In this document: in pieces, positions 21,328-31,345 of the stretch | How the letters are laid out: each line of letters starts with the position of its first letter | How positions within the stretch are numbered: position 1 is the stretch's first letter | Position numbers and translations under genes: made by a program | Notes under the pieces: model-generated | What the model saw: only the letters and a program-made list of their open reading frames with translations | What the model was told of the DNA's origin: nothing | The model's database searches: none | Assembly: GCA_963702205.1 (NCBI GenBank) | Contig: OY969724.1 | Coordinates: forward strand, 2,432,001 to 2,496,000 | Length of the DNA stretch: 64,000 bases | DNA from: an uncultured candidate division Zixibacteria bacterium | Lineage (GTDB): Bacteria > Zixibacteria > MSB-5A5 > GN15 > PGXB01 | Direction of reading: 5' to 3'

Positions 21328-22042
21328 CGCGAAGCTGCTGGTGGTGCTCCCGGCGTACAACGAGGCCGGGAAAATAGGCCGGGTGGTGGAGAAGGTCAGG
21401 AAAGAAAAATCCGTGAATGAAATTGTCGTTGTCGATGATTGTTCGTCGGATGCTACGTCGGAAGAGGCTAAAGCCGCCGGCGCGACGGTGATACGTCACG
21501 AAGTCAACCGGGGTGTCGGAGCCGGGATCAGAAGCGGTATAAATTACGGGATTAAAAATAATTTTGACATTTGCGCGATATTATCGGGAGACGATCAGCA
21601 CGAGCCGACCGAAATCGATAGAGTGATTGGGCCGATTGTGGCCGAGGAGTATGATTTTATACAGGGGTCGCGGCGGCTTAAAGGAGGCCGGGTGGTCAAT
21701 GACAAGCCGTTTCGGATGGTGACGACGCAGCTTTATTCTTTGTTTTTTTCGATTCTAGTAATGAAGCGGATTACGGACGCCACCAACGGATTTCGGGCGT
21801 TTAAGCTGTCGATATTCAAAAATCCCGAGTTCGACATCGAGCAGTCGTGGCTTGACAGGTATGAGCTGGAACCATATATATTATACAAAGCCGTGAAAAG
21901 TAAAAATATCCGGCTTAAAGAAGTCCCGATAACGATATATTATCATCAGGCGGGGCGGGAATATACCAAGATGCGGCCGTTTCATGACTGGTGGCGGCTG
22001 GCGAGGCCGATGATATTCCTGGCGTTGAAGATAAGGAAGTAG
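21317..22042 (+). CDS. Glycosyltransferase family 2 (polyprenol-phosphate glycosyltransferase-like)
   Basis: PAYNEA, VDDCSSD, NRGVG, GSRR, TDATNGFRA. Confidence 0.9.
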   Translation: MVNDAKLLVVLPAYNEAGKIGRVVEKVRKEKSVNEIVVVDDCSSDATSEEAKAAGATVIRHEVNRGVGAGIRSGINYGIKNNFDICAILSGDDQHEPTEIDRVIGPIVAEEYDFIQGSRRLKGGRVVNDKPFRMVTTQLYSLFFSILVMKRITDATNGFRAFKLSIFKNPEFDIEQSWLDRYELEPYILYKAVKSKNIRLKEVPITIYYHQAGREYTKMRPFHDWWRLARPMIFLALKIRK

Positions 22043-22043
22043 C

Positions 22044-23009
22044 ATGATAAAAATAAACTTTACCGGCAAAACGGTTCTGGTGACCGGGGGTGCGGGATTT
22101 ATAGGCTCCAATGTCGTGGCGCGGATAGTGCGCACGGGCGGCAAGGTGATCGTGCTGGACGACCTGTTTACCGGGAGTCGGGATAATATCGACAAAGATA
22201 TCCCATACGAGTTCATCGAGGGCTCCGTGTGTGATTACGATCTTGTGCGCGATCTTATGGCCCGCTCGGATCACGTCTGTCACCTGGCGGCGCGAAATAT
22301 CATTATTTCGACCAAAAACCCGATGGAAGATTACAAGGTCAATATCGGGGGGACGCTCAATATCCTTATGGCGGCGCGGGAAACCAAACCACAGAGGATT
22401 GTTTATTCCTCGTCGGCGTCGATTTACGGCAACCCGCGTCTGCTACCGATTCCGGAGGACGAAGCGCCGGTGACTTTTTCGCCGTATTCGGTATCGAAAC
22501 TGGCGGGAGAGAATTATTGCTATGCCTTCTATGAGACGTTTTTCGTGCCGGTGGGGGTCGTGCGTTATTCCAATATATATGGACCGAAACAAAATCCGGC
22601 TAATCCTTACTGCGGTGTCATTTCAAAATTCATCGCGGCCATCGATGAGGGCAGGGCGCCCTCGGTGCACGGTGACGGAATGCAGACAAGGGATTTTACG
22701 TACGTCGATGATGCCGTCGACGGAACGTTGTCGGCTCTGTTGTCGCCCCGTGCCGAAGGAATGTCTTTCAATATAGGGTCCGGCACGGAATCGACGATAA
22801 TGGAGTTGATCGGACATCTGGCCGATCTTATGGGCAAAGACATCACGCCGGAGCATATCGACCGCCGGGATATAGATAATATCCGCCGCCGGGTGCTCAA
22901 CATCGAGCGGGCCCGGACCAGACTGCGGTGGCAGCCTCAGGTGACGTTCCGCGAGGGTTTGAGACGCACGGTAGAATGGTATAAAACTCTTAATCGTAAG
23001 CCGGGCTAA
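22044..23009 (+). CDS. NAD-dependent nucleotide-sugar epimerase/dehydratase
   Basis: TGGAGFIGS, YSVSK (YxxxK), QTRDFTYVDD. Confidence 0.93.
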   Translation: MIKINFTGKTVLVTGGAGFIGSNVVARIVRTGGKVIVLDDLFTGSRDNIDKDIPYEFIEGSVCDYDLVRDLMARSDHVCHLAARNIIISTKNPMEDYKVNIGGTLNILMAARETKPQRIVYSSSASIYGNPRLLPIPEDEAPVTFSPYSVSKLAGENYCYAFYETFFVPVGVVRYSNIYGPKQNPANPYCGVISKFIAAIDEGRAPSVHGDGMQTRDFTYVDDAVDGTLSALLSPRAEGMSFNIGSGTESTIMELIGHLADLMGKDITPEHIDRRDIDNIRRRVLNIERARTRLRWQPQVTFREGLRRTVEWYKTLNRKPG

Positions 23010-23022
23010 TTTTCAGGCTCTT

Positions 23023-25248
23023 ATGTCTTCGCACGTGCCGATCAGAAAAGTTCTTCTGGGTTTCTTGGTTGCATCGTTAATTATACGCCTGCTGTTTATT
23101 TTTAGCAAAGATCAGCCACCGGTAATGTGGGACGCGCGCATTTATTCCTCGTGCGCCGTCGGATTATTGGATTATGTAGAGAACGGGGGCACGTACGGTC
23201 ATCCCGAAAGATATCAGGCAGCGGATTCGTTGATAGATCGGGCCGAATTCGTCACGGCCATGCAGAAATATATCAAGGGCGAATGGATCGAATGGTTGTA
23301 CTATTCACAACCGAACCTGGCCCAGGCGCAGGAATATATATTTCTTTCGGGGCCGGTCTATCCGGCTCTTTTGGCGGCGGTTTTCGCGACCAATGTCGGG
23401 ACAGATTTCGAAATCGTACGGGTCATAAATTGCATCGTCGATTCGATTTCGGCGGTACTTATGATGATGATAGCGGTGCGCCTGTTCGGGCGAAAGATAG
23501 CAATTCTGGCCGGGATATTGTATGCCGTATATCTGCCGTTTATAATGCAGTGCGGCGTTATAACACCGGACCTGTTGACGACATTTTTGATTCTTCTGAC
23601 GTTGCTTTTAATCCTGGAATTTTATGAGAAGAAGAAACCGCTCTATTTGTACCTGACCGGGATGTGTCTTGGGCTTCTGGCGCTGAATAAGCCGACGGCG
23701 TCGCTTTTATTCGTGCCTTTTATCGCCGGATTCTTGTACGATCAGAGAGATAATATTAAAGGGGCGCTTATATCGATACTTAAAGCGGCGGTGCCGTTTG
23801 CGATAGTGTTGATTCCGTGGGCGGTGATAAGTACGTCGTATTACGGGCAGCTGTCTATTCGCGACCCGGAGTACTCCGGGGCTAATTTCCGGTCGAGTTC
23901 TTCGATAAAATATGAAGGGTACGATCTCGATTATACGGAACCTGATTTCTGGACATACCCGGTCGGTCACATGATTTTGGAGGACCCGGTCGGATACGCA
24001 CATCTGCTGGTCAAGAAGTTTAACCGGCTTTGGCAGAAGCCGTATAATGATTTCAAGGAATCGTTTGTGATTGGTCCGGGTTTGTCGCGGGGATTTCATT
24101 TTGTTATCGTTCTGGCCGGTTTGTTCGGCGTTTTTTATTGTTTCTTCAGAAGGAAGAGAGGATATTTATATCTGTTTCTGATACCGGCGTACTATACGAT
24201 AGTGCATATGATCTTTCATTCGCTGCCTCGCTATAATCTTAATGCCATGCCGCTTATGATATTGGCGGCGGCAGTAGTATTTATTGCGATTTATAGGTAT
24301 ATCAAAGACCGAAAAGACAATGGCAGAGTATTGGTGATTACCGCAATTATGATCTTTGCATTTATCCTGCCGGTGTCATTTGATGCGGAAACAACCGGCG
24401 GCATGACCGGGGCGGTCATGATGATTGCGCTGAAGATTATATTGTTAGTGTCGGGACTTTATGTCTTGTACGTTTTAATAATGCCCCTGTTTGAAAAGGC
24501 ACGGGCAAGGAATCTAATTTTGTGGCCGGGTGTGATATTGACGGTCGGCCTGTTGGTGGCGGTTTCGGCGTCGGACAGCTGGGCCGAGTGGAAGGTCCGT
24601 CTGGATCGGCCGGGACAGAAAGCGGGGATTAGAATTTATGTGCCGGATGATATTCGTCTGGTGGATGGGGAGTTGTTCAGAATCGGCATAGATATAACGG
24701 CGCTTCGCGATAAATACGACCTATTCTATGTTACTTTGAACGGTGAGAAGGTCGGATTTTTGGCCGGGGCGAAGCCTCTGACCGATTACTATTATCCCAA
24801 GTTCGGATATACGGTTTTCGAACGAATGCTCGATATACCCAAAGTGGAGATGCGATCGTGGTCTTTTATCAGCATGGATCCGCAGGCGTTCAATTATATG
24901 CTGGATCGCGACGGCTATATCGGGATCGAGCTGGAATGCAGTGATTCGCTCGCCGCTGACGGGGGCTATATTGACTTTTACGGGGGCTATAAAACGGCCG
25001 CGAAAAATCATTTGTATTTGCCGGGGACACATTATTCGTCGGCGGAGCGTCTGTTAGACAAAGGCGACCCGAGGATCTGGCTGGATTATAAACTTTCCTC
25101 TGATTCCGCGATTTCATATTATATTGACGGGAAGACGGAAATGCGACCGACGCGGGATGATCTTTCGGACGCGTTCGGCCGTCAGCGCGGCCGCTATCAT
25201 GTCATTGTCGAGATCAAGCGGCTGGACAAGAACAGGAATTATTTTTAG
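23023..25248 (+). CDS. GT-C (PMT_2/ArnT-like) multi-TM glycosyltransferase
   Basis: WDARIY loop, GPVYP, LALNKP, LPRY motifs; many TM helices plus a soluble C-terminal domain. Confidence 0.75.
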   Translation: MSSHVPIRKVLLGFLVASLIIRLLFIFSKDQPPVMWDARIYSSCAVGLLDYVENGGTYGHPERYQAADSLIDRAEFVTAMQKYIKGEWIEWLYYSQPNLAQAQEYIFLSGPVYPALLAAVFATNVGTDFEIVRVINCIVDSISAVLMMMIAVRLFGRKIAILAGILYAVYLPFIMQCGVITPDLLTTFLILLTLLLILEFYEKKKPLYLYLTGMCLGLLALNKPTASLLFVPFIAGFLYDQRDNIKGALISILKAAVPFAIVLIPWAVISTSYYGQLSIRDPEYSGANFRSSSSIKYEGYDLDYTEPDFWTYPVGHMILEDPVGYAHLLVKKFNRLWQKPYNDFKESFVIGPGLSRGFHFVIVLAGLFGVFYCFFRRKRGYLYLFLIPAYYTIVHMIFHSLPRYNLNAMPLMILAAAVVFIAIYRYIKDRKDNGRVLVITAIMIFAFILPVSFDAETTGGMTGAVMMIALKIILLVSGLYVLYVLIMPLFEKARARNLILWPGVILTVGLLVAVSASDSWAEWKVRLDRPGQKAGIRIYVPDDIRLVDGELFRIGIDITALRDKYDLFYVTLNGEKVGFLAGAKPLTDYYYPKFGYTVFERMLDIPKVEMRSWSFISMDPQAFNYMLDRDGYIGIELECSDSLAADGGYIDFYGGYKTAAKNHLYLPGTHYSSAERLLDKGDPRIWLDYKLSSDSAISYYIDGKTEMRPTRDDLSDAFGRQRGRYHVIVEIKRLDKNRNYF

Positions 25249-25258
25249 GAGTTTATAT

Positions 25259-26266
25259 ATGAATATCGGTGTCATCGGCTGCGGGTACTGGGGACCGAAT
25301 TTGATTCGGAATTTCAACGCCCTGAAAACCGCGAAAGTTATGGGTGTGTCGGACCTTAGGCCGGAAAGACTGGAATATGTTTCGCGATTGTATCCCGGTG
25401 TCGAAATCCTCGCGACCGATTGTAATGATATTTTGATGAGTGATAAAATCGACGCGGTCGTGATCGCGACGCCGGTTTCGACTCATTTCCCGCTGGCGAT
25501 GGAGGCTCTCGATCATGGCAAACACGTGCTTTTGGAAAAACCGCTGACGGCGACCTCGGAGCAGGCCGAAGTCTTGATAGAGACGGCTGAAAGAAAAAAG
25601 CTGGTCCTGATGGTCGATCATACGTTTATCTATACCGGGGCGGTGCGCAAAATAAAGCAGATTATCGACAATGGTGACCTCGGCGATATTTACTATTTCG
25701 ATTCGGTGCGGGTTAACCTGGGGTTATTCCAACATGATGTCAATGTTATCTGGGACCTGGCGGCGCACGACGTATCAATTATGGATCACCTGCTGAGCCT
25801 TCCCCCTCGGGCAGTGTCGGCGACGGGGATGGCGCATTTTGAAGAAGATATTGAAAATATGGCTTATATCTCGGTGCAGTACGACAACAATATTATCGGG
25901 CACATCCATGTCAACTGGCTGGCCCCGGTGAAAGTCCGCAAGACGCTTATTTGCGGCTCGAAGAAGATGGTCGTCTATGACGATACCGAGCCATCGGAAA
26001 AAGTCAAAGTGTACGACAAAGGCGTCGATTACGTGGACAACAAAGAAGAGGTCTATAATATTCTCGTGCAATATCGAACCGGTGATATGACGGCGCCGCA
26101 TATCGACCTGACCGAGGCGCTGAATCTGATTTCGGCCGAATTCGTGGCGGCCATAGAGGAGAATCGCAAGCCGTTAACCGACGGAGCGGCCGGTTATCGG
26201 GTGGTGAGAATCCTCGAGGAAGCCAACAATTCCCTCCGGGCCGGAGGACGGGTGATCGAACTTTGA
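25259..26266 (+). CDS. Gfo/Idh/MocA oxidoreductase
   Basis: IGCGYWG, GKHVLLEKP, DLAAHD; RBS AGGAG before ATG 25259. Confidence 0.93.
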   Translation: MNIGVIGCGYWGPNLIRNFNALKTAKVMGVSDLRPERLEYVSRLYPGVEILATDCNDILMSDKIDAVVIATPVSTHFPLAMEALDHGKHVLLEKPLTATSEQAEVLIETAERKKLVLMVDHTFIYTGAVRKIKQIIDNGDLGDIYYFDSVRVNLGLFQHDVNVIWDLAAHDVSIMDHLLSLPPRAVSATGMAHFEEDIENMAYISVQYDNNIIGHIHVNWLAPVKVRKTLICGSKKMVVYDDTEPSEKVKVYDKGVDYVDNKEEVYNILVQYRTGDMTAPHIDLTEALNLISAEFVAAIEENRKPLTDGAAGYRVVRILEEANNSLRAGGRVIEL

Positions 26267-26931
26267 AAAACGTGACGACAATCGGCGACGTCAAAATATA
26301 TGACAACGTCACGATCGGTGAAGGGTCGATCATATACGGTCCGGCCGTGCTCGGACAGCCGCCGCGCGGCAAGAGCGAAGGCGAATTAACTCTGGTGATC
26401 GGCAAGAATGCGATGATCCGTCCCTTTACGACTATCTATGCCGGGTCACAAATCGGGGATAATTTCCAGTGCGGGCAGGGCGCGTCGATCCGTGAGGATA
26501 ATAAGATTGGGAATAACGTATCGGTCGGAACACACGCGGTGCTCGAATATGAGAATCTTATCGGGGACAATACACGGATTCATACCGGCTGCTTTCTGGA
26601 AATGGTGACGTTGGGTAGGTACGTGTTTCTGGGGCCGCACGTCGTATTTACCGATGACCCGCATCCGATGGGTTGTCCGAAATGGAAAGAATGCGGGGGC
26701 GGAGCAATAGTCGGCGATATGGCTCGTATCGGGGCCAACTGCACGCTGCTGCCGGCGGTTAAAATCGGTAAAGAAGCGCTGATCGGAGCCGGATCGGTGG
26801 TTACCAAAGACGTCCCGGATAAGATGGTCGCGGCGGGCAATCCAGCCAAAGTGATCAAGTCGGTCGATGAATTGAAATGCTGGATCAACGCCTTCGAGCG
26901 GCCGTACGTCTGGCCGCCTGTACTCGGATAA
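26263..26931 (+). CDS. Hexapeptide-repeat N-acyltransferase (WbpD-like)
   Basis: Left-handed beta-helix repeats, VVFTDD, GAGSVVTKDV, GNPA. Confidence 0.9.
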   Translation: MKNVTTIGDVKIYDNVTIGEGSIIYGPAVLGQPPRGKSEGELTLVIGKNAMIRPFTTIYAGSQIGDNFQCGQGASIREDNKIGNNVSVGTHAVLEYENLIGDNTRIHTGCFLEMVTLGRYVFLGPHVVFTDDPHPMGCPKWKECGGGAIVGDMARIGANCTLLPAVKIGKEALIGAGSVVTKDVPDKMVAAGNPAKVIKSVDELKCWINAFERPYVWPPVLG

Positions 26932-26943
26932 ATAAGCTCTGTC

Positions 26944-27660
26944 ATGCCACAACGAAAAATTCTAACGGCAATATTTTCGTATAATGAAGGCGAAAAACTG
27001 AAGAAGCTGGTTGAGTCATTTCCCGAGGACAGACCTTATGATGTTTTGTTTGTCGATGACGGATCAACCGACGGAAGTTTGGAGTTTTTACAATCCAGAG
27101 ATTATTTCCTGATCCGGCATGAAATCAATAAAGGCATCGGGGCGGGAATACGAGAGGCTGTCGAGTTCGGTCGGGACAAGAATTATGAGATAATCGTCAT
27201 AATGGCGGCCAATGGAAAGATGCTGCCGGAAGAGATCGACCGTCTGGTGGAACCGATTTTGGGTGAGAATTATGATTATATACAGGGGTCACGTTATCTG
27301 GAAGGTGGGAGCTCGCCCAATTTGCCGCTGTTCCGCAAGGTCATGATCGGGTTGTTCACCAAAATGGTTAATGTGGCTACCGGATTCAAGGGGACGGATG
27401 TCACGTGCGGGTTCAGAGCGTACCGGCTGTCTCTGTTCGACGATCCCAGGTTTAAAATAGACCAAGGCTGGTTGGACAAGTACGAAATGGAATATTACAT
27501 ACACTATCACGTGCTTAAAGGCGGATATCGCATTAAAGAAGTTCCGGTGTCGATGGTATATCCATCGGAGAAGAAGAATTACAGCAAAATAAAACCGCTG
27601 ACGGGGTGGTGGTCGATGGTGCGGCCGTGGTTGTATCTTATTTTTAAAATTCGTCGATAG
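26944..27660 (+). CDS. Glycosyltransferase family 2 (paralog of 21317-22042)
   Basis: YNE, VDDGSTD, GSRY, TDVTCGFRA; shares WLDxYExE and YxK motifs with the paralog. Confidence 0.9.
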   Translation: MPQRKILTAIFSYNEGEKLKKLVESFPEDRPYDVLFVDDGSTDGSLEFLQSRDYFLIRHEINKGIGAGIREAVEFGRDKNYEIIVIMAANGKMLPEEIDRLVEPILGENYDYIQGSRYLEGGSSPNLPLFRKVMIGLFTKMVNVATGFKGTDVTCGFRAYRLSLFDDPRFKIDQGWLDKYEMEYYIHYHVLKGGYRIKEVPVSMVYPSEKKNYSKIKPLTGWWSMVRPWLYLIFKIRR

Positions 27661-27759
27661 CTGGAACAAAATATCTCTTCGGACGTACCAGATTATGAAG
27701 TAGTCCGGAGGAAGTATCCCGCATTCAATCAGGTAACTCGCGGGATACCGGAGTATAAG

Positions 27760-27792
27760 ACCCGGTTCAGGGATGAGCCGGGTTTTAATTTT
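27760..27792 (+). terminator. Putative intrinsic terminator
   Basis: ACCCGGTTCA/TGAGCCGGGT stem followed by a T-rich tail. Confidence 0.6.
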
Positions 27793-27852
27793 GAGTAATA
27801 TTGTTTTGGTTGACAGTTTGTTATGACGTTCTATTTTGTCGACTGAGACGAT

Positions 27853-28374
27853 ATGTTAAAGAATATCATAAAAATCCTGGCTATTGTAGTTCTTACCGGC
27901 GGTATCGTGGCGATATCAGTGATGAAATCGTCCATTTCGGCCAAACGCCAGACGGTTGAGATCGAAAAGATGAAAGAGCGGTTTTACGCCTATCGCGACA
28001 GTGTCTTTTTGCGGCAGCTCGATGACTCGACCCGTCATTACGTGGATTCTATTTTGAAAGTGGAGATATTCTACGGGCATCAGTTGGACAGCCTGAACGG
28101 CTATTACGATTCCCTTTTGAAAGCCCAGCAAGCGGCGCAAAAGAAGCAGCCGGAGCAGGCGTCGACAAAACCCGCGCCTCGCAAAACGGTCAAAAAACCG
28201 GCGGCCAAGGACCCGACCGCAGAGGCGATAAAGTATAACTACAGAAAAATGCTCAAGGGGCTTCCGGCCGATCTAACTCCTTATGAAAAAAGAGTTTCGG
28301 TTAAAGAAATAGTCGTTACATTATCCCGGCAATTCAAAGTTTCACCGGATTCGGTCAGTCGAATAATTGACTGA
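27853..28374 (+). CDS. Hypothetical membrane-anchored protein
   Basis: N-terminal TM, coiled-coil-like segment, K/P/A-rich linker; TTGACA promoter upstream. Confidence 0.75.
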   Translation: MLKNIIKILAIVVLTGGIVAISVMKSSISAKRQTVEIEKMKERFYAYRDSVFLRQLDDSTRHYVDSILKVEIFYGHQLDSLNGYYDSLLKAQQAAQKKQPEQASTKPAPRKTVKKPAAKDPTAEAIKYNYRKMLKGLPADLTPYEKRVSVKEIVVTLSRQFKVSPDSVSRIID

Positions 28375-28731
28375 TTTGACGCATTTCCTGCCTGTCCTGT
28401 TCACGATTAGCCCTTTGGAGTATTCGCAAATATTGCGTTGTGGCCTCTTTTGTCTTGACTTGGGCCAAGTTACAAAGTAAACTTACTACAGCAAAATATG
28501 CGACAACTTCGAGTTACTCGCTTCTTTTCGGCTGCTTATCCCGGTGGGGGGAAAATGAGGAGTCAGCCGTAAGATTACCATCCGCCGCCTCATATGATTC
28601 GTATCATGTATGAGGATTTTTGAGCCTCACAGGTATTCAAGAATCGCAAAGGAGGTGGTGCTAAATTTCATAATTCCAACCCCAACTTACCGTCAAACAT
28701 GCCTCACGTAATCAGGTTAAGGGGAGACGTT

Positions 28732-28920
28732 ATGCCTGCGAGAAAAGAGAAAGAGAAATTTGCAAAAGCAGCCGTTAAGGATTGCTGGCATCCGTACGGT
28801 CTGCAGGGATTGGCACCCGAGAAATTTGCGCATATCACCACCATGATTCTCAGCGGAAAGCATATTCTTCTGGGGGTCAGATATACGAAGTCGTCGGGCG
28901 CCGCCGTTTCGGTTCAATAG
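28732..28920 (+). CDS. Small hypothetical basic protein (62 aa)
   Basis: RBS GGGGAG, ATG 28732, downstream hairpin 28964-28995. Confidence 0.5.
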   Translation: MPARKEKEKFAKAAVKDCWHPYGLQGLAPEKFAHITTMILSGKHILLGVRYTKSSGAAVSVQ

Positions 28921-29103
28921 TTCGTTTGCAGTTTTTGATAAGTATTCGTTCGAGTAAGTTTTGTACCACAGTCGTGTATCTTAACGGCTGTGGTATTTTA
29001 AATTAAATTTAAAATTGACAAATTCCGGTATGTCCAACATATTTGCCGCCAATAAAATGTGTTTTTTTGAACCAAACGGGATACCCGGGGTTAAAACATC
29101 GTA

Positions 29104-29607
29104 ATGAATGGTCGCCTCACACAAGCTTTGGTTCTGGTCGTAATCGCCGTCGTGCTGGCTTTTGCGACCAATGCCGCGCGGCAGGAAAATCTCGCTATGG
29201 TCGGCAACTGGCCGTCGATCTCGGGCTCCGATTCTATCATAGTGCCGCCGTCGGCTGAAGAAGGCGATCCCCCGTTTATTTCTCTGGATGAGGCCGCCGC
29301 TAAATTCCAAACACCAGAAGTCATATTTGTCGATGCCCGATACCCTGAGGACTTCGCCGAGGGGCATATTCGCGGGGCCATCAACCTTCCATACGATGAG
29401 ATCGATCAATATTGGGATAAAGTCGCGCCCACGATTCCCAGGGACCGGCCGGTGGTTATATACTGCTCCGGGGAGGAATGTGAGCTATCTTTGATGCTGG
29501 CAAGAGAAATGGTGGCCAAGGGTTGGAAAGATATATATGTGTTTTTCGGCGGCTGGCGTGAATGGGAGAAATCCAAATTGCCGACCGAAGGTGGAGAGTT
29601 GGAATGA
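29104..29607 (+). CDS. Membrane-anchored rhodanese-domain protein
   Basis: VDAR…GHIRGAIN, active loop YCSGEECELS, GGWREW. Confidence 0.9.
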   Translation: MNGRLTQALVLVVIAVVLAFATNAARQENLAMVGNWPSISGSDSIIVPPSAEEGDPPFISLDEAAAKFQTPEVIFVDARYPEDFAEGHIRGAINLPYDEIDQYWDKVAPTIPRDRPVVIYCSGEECELSLMLAREMVAKGWKDIYVFFGGWREWEKSKLPTEGGELE

Positions 29608-30065
29608 GCGGTCGTCAATCAATATGGCACAACGATTATATCAATCTTATAATAAGACTGTTTATCGGGGTAGTTTTTGTTTATGCCTCGATAGACAAGA
29701 TCGCCGATCCGGGGCAGTTCGCCAGAATCGTGTATAACTATCATTTAGTGCCGGGGGCGCTGATCAATGTTTTTGCTTTGATTCTTCCGTGGGTGGAAAT
29801 GCTTTGCGGCATAAGTCTGATTCTCGGTATTTATAAAGAAGGCAGCGTGTTGCTTTTGAATCTACTTGTACTGGTTTTCCTGATTGGAATAACGGTCAAT
29901 CTGTTCCGGGGTGTAAATCTGGAGTGCGGGTGTTTTACGGTTAGTTCCAAGGCGCAGGAAAGCACTCTTGGACTTCTGTTCCGGGACCTTGGGCTTTTGG
30001 TTCTTACGGTTTATTTGTTTTTCAGCAGGTCGAAACGGTTCGATCTTATCGGTCGCCGGGCTTAA
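29604..30065 (+). CDS. MauE/DoxX family membrane protein
   Basis: FVYASIDKI, LPWVE, ECGCF, LFRD. Confidence 0.9.
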   Translation: MSGRQSIWHNDYINLIIRLFIGVVFVYASIDKIADPGQFARIVYNYHLVPGALINVFALILPWVEMLCGISLILGIYKEGSVLLLNLLVLVFLIGITVNLFRGVNLECGCFTVSSKAQESTLGLLFRDLGLLVLTVYLFFSRSKRFDLIGRRA

Positions 30066-31345
30066 TCTTTCAAAATTGTCGGCGTAATCATTATCAATAA
30101 ATCGGTCGAGTTTTTCTCTTTAGACGAATGCCGGAATAGGTTTCCCAAAATCGGGATCGATCCGAGGAAGGCGACTTTCTTGACGGTTTCGATTTCGTTC
30201 TCTTTCAACAAACCACCGAGGACGGCCGTCTCGCCGTCTTTGACCCTGACCATCGCGGTGACCGCTCTTTCGGACGTGATCGGCTTCTGATTTTCGACCG
30301 GTCCGGAATAGCCGATGATTTCGGCAATGACAGGGTTCACGTCGAGCAGGACGCTGCCGTCTTTGGAAATATGAGGGACGACCTTGAGAGTAATGCCGAC
30401 TTCTTCGTCCTGAAAAGTGACGATGTCCTGGGTTGCTCCGGCTTCGCTGAACCGGTTGATGGTCTGAATCGGGATGACCGTAGTCACTTTGATTTCGGCT
30501 TCATGGTTGTTGAGGGCGGTGATGCGGGGGTCCGAGACCAGTTTGGAATTGCCGTTTTGCTGGAGAAAATCGAGGACCATGCTGACCTCGTCGATCGACA
30601 GCGAGCCCCATTCCCAGCTGTTGTCGCCGACGTCGCGGCGTCCGAGGGATTTTATTTCGGAAGTGGTCCCGGTGGCGCCGTCGGTGCTTGAGCTCTGCAG
30701 GTCCCCAAAGCGAGCGGTCAGTGAGGTTGGCCAGTTGATGCCCACCACGTTTTCGTCGGATATATTGGTTTCGATTATTTTCACGTGGATCGAAATCTGT
30801 GCTTCGGGCATGTCGATGCTTTTAATATAGTCAACGACCTTTTGTGCGACTTCGGGCAGGTCGATCACGGACAGGCGGGTGGGAGTGCTTTGGACGTATT
30901 GTATGCCGCTGTTTCCGGATTCTTCGATGATGACTATTTTGCCCTTGGGCGACAGGAGTTCCTGAGCCGCATTTATGGCGGCCGAGGGAGATATATTGTC
31001 GAGCTCGACCGTCATGGAGACCGTTTCCCCGATAATGTCCTGTTCAAACGGCTTGACGATAATAATATCGCCCTTTTGATAGTAATTGTATCCGTTGGCA
31101 AGCAAGATGGCGTCGAGGGCGTCCTTGACCGTCACGTTATCCAGACGCAATGAGATGTTGGCGTTGGCTTCACCTGAAATAACGATATCGAGGCCGTGCT
31201 CTTCGGCGATCATCGACAGTACGGTAGCGATCGGGAGTTGATCGATGTTTAAAGTTGTCGTATCAGACATGGCCGCCGGATCGGCCGCGGCTTTCAGGCC
31301 GGGCATTAATAGTACTATCGCGATAAAGAATATATACTTTCTCAT
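30062..31345 (-). CDS. Secretin (PilQ/MshL/GspD family)
   Basis: VGITLKVVP, VKDGETAVLGGL, LGSIPILGNLF, LLIMITPTI. Confidence 0.93.
   Translation of the reverse strand: MRKYIFFIAIVLLMPGLKAAADPAAMSDTTTLNIDQLPIATVLSMIAEEHGLDIVISGEANANISLRLDNVTVKDALDAILLANGYNYYQKGDIIIVKPFEQDIIGETVSMTVELDNISPSAAINAAQELLSPKGKIVIIEESGNSGIQYVQSTPTRLSVIDLPEVAQKVVDYIKSIDMPEAQISIHVKIIETNISDENVVGINWPTSLTARFGDLQSSSTDGATGTTSEIKSLGRRDVGDNSWEWGSLSIDEVSMVLDFLQQNGNSKLVSDPRITALNNHEAEIKVTTVIPIQTINRFSEAGATQDIVTFQDEEVGITLKVVPHISKDGSVLLDVNPVIAEIIGYSGPVENQKPITSERAVTAMVRVKDGETAVLGGLLKENEIETVKKVAFLGSIPILGNLFRHSSKEKNSTDLLIMITPTILKD

Noticed and set aside
28520..28575. c-di-AMP (ydaO) or c-di-GMP riboswitch
   Set aside because: Only a short GGGGGAA resemblance; the other conserved segments are absent. 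Kept as an unassigned leader.
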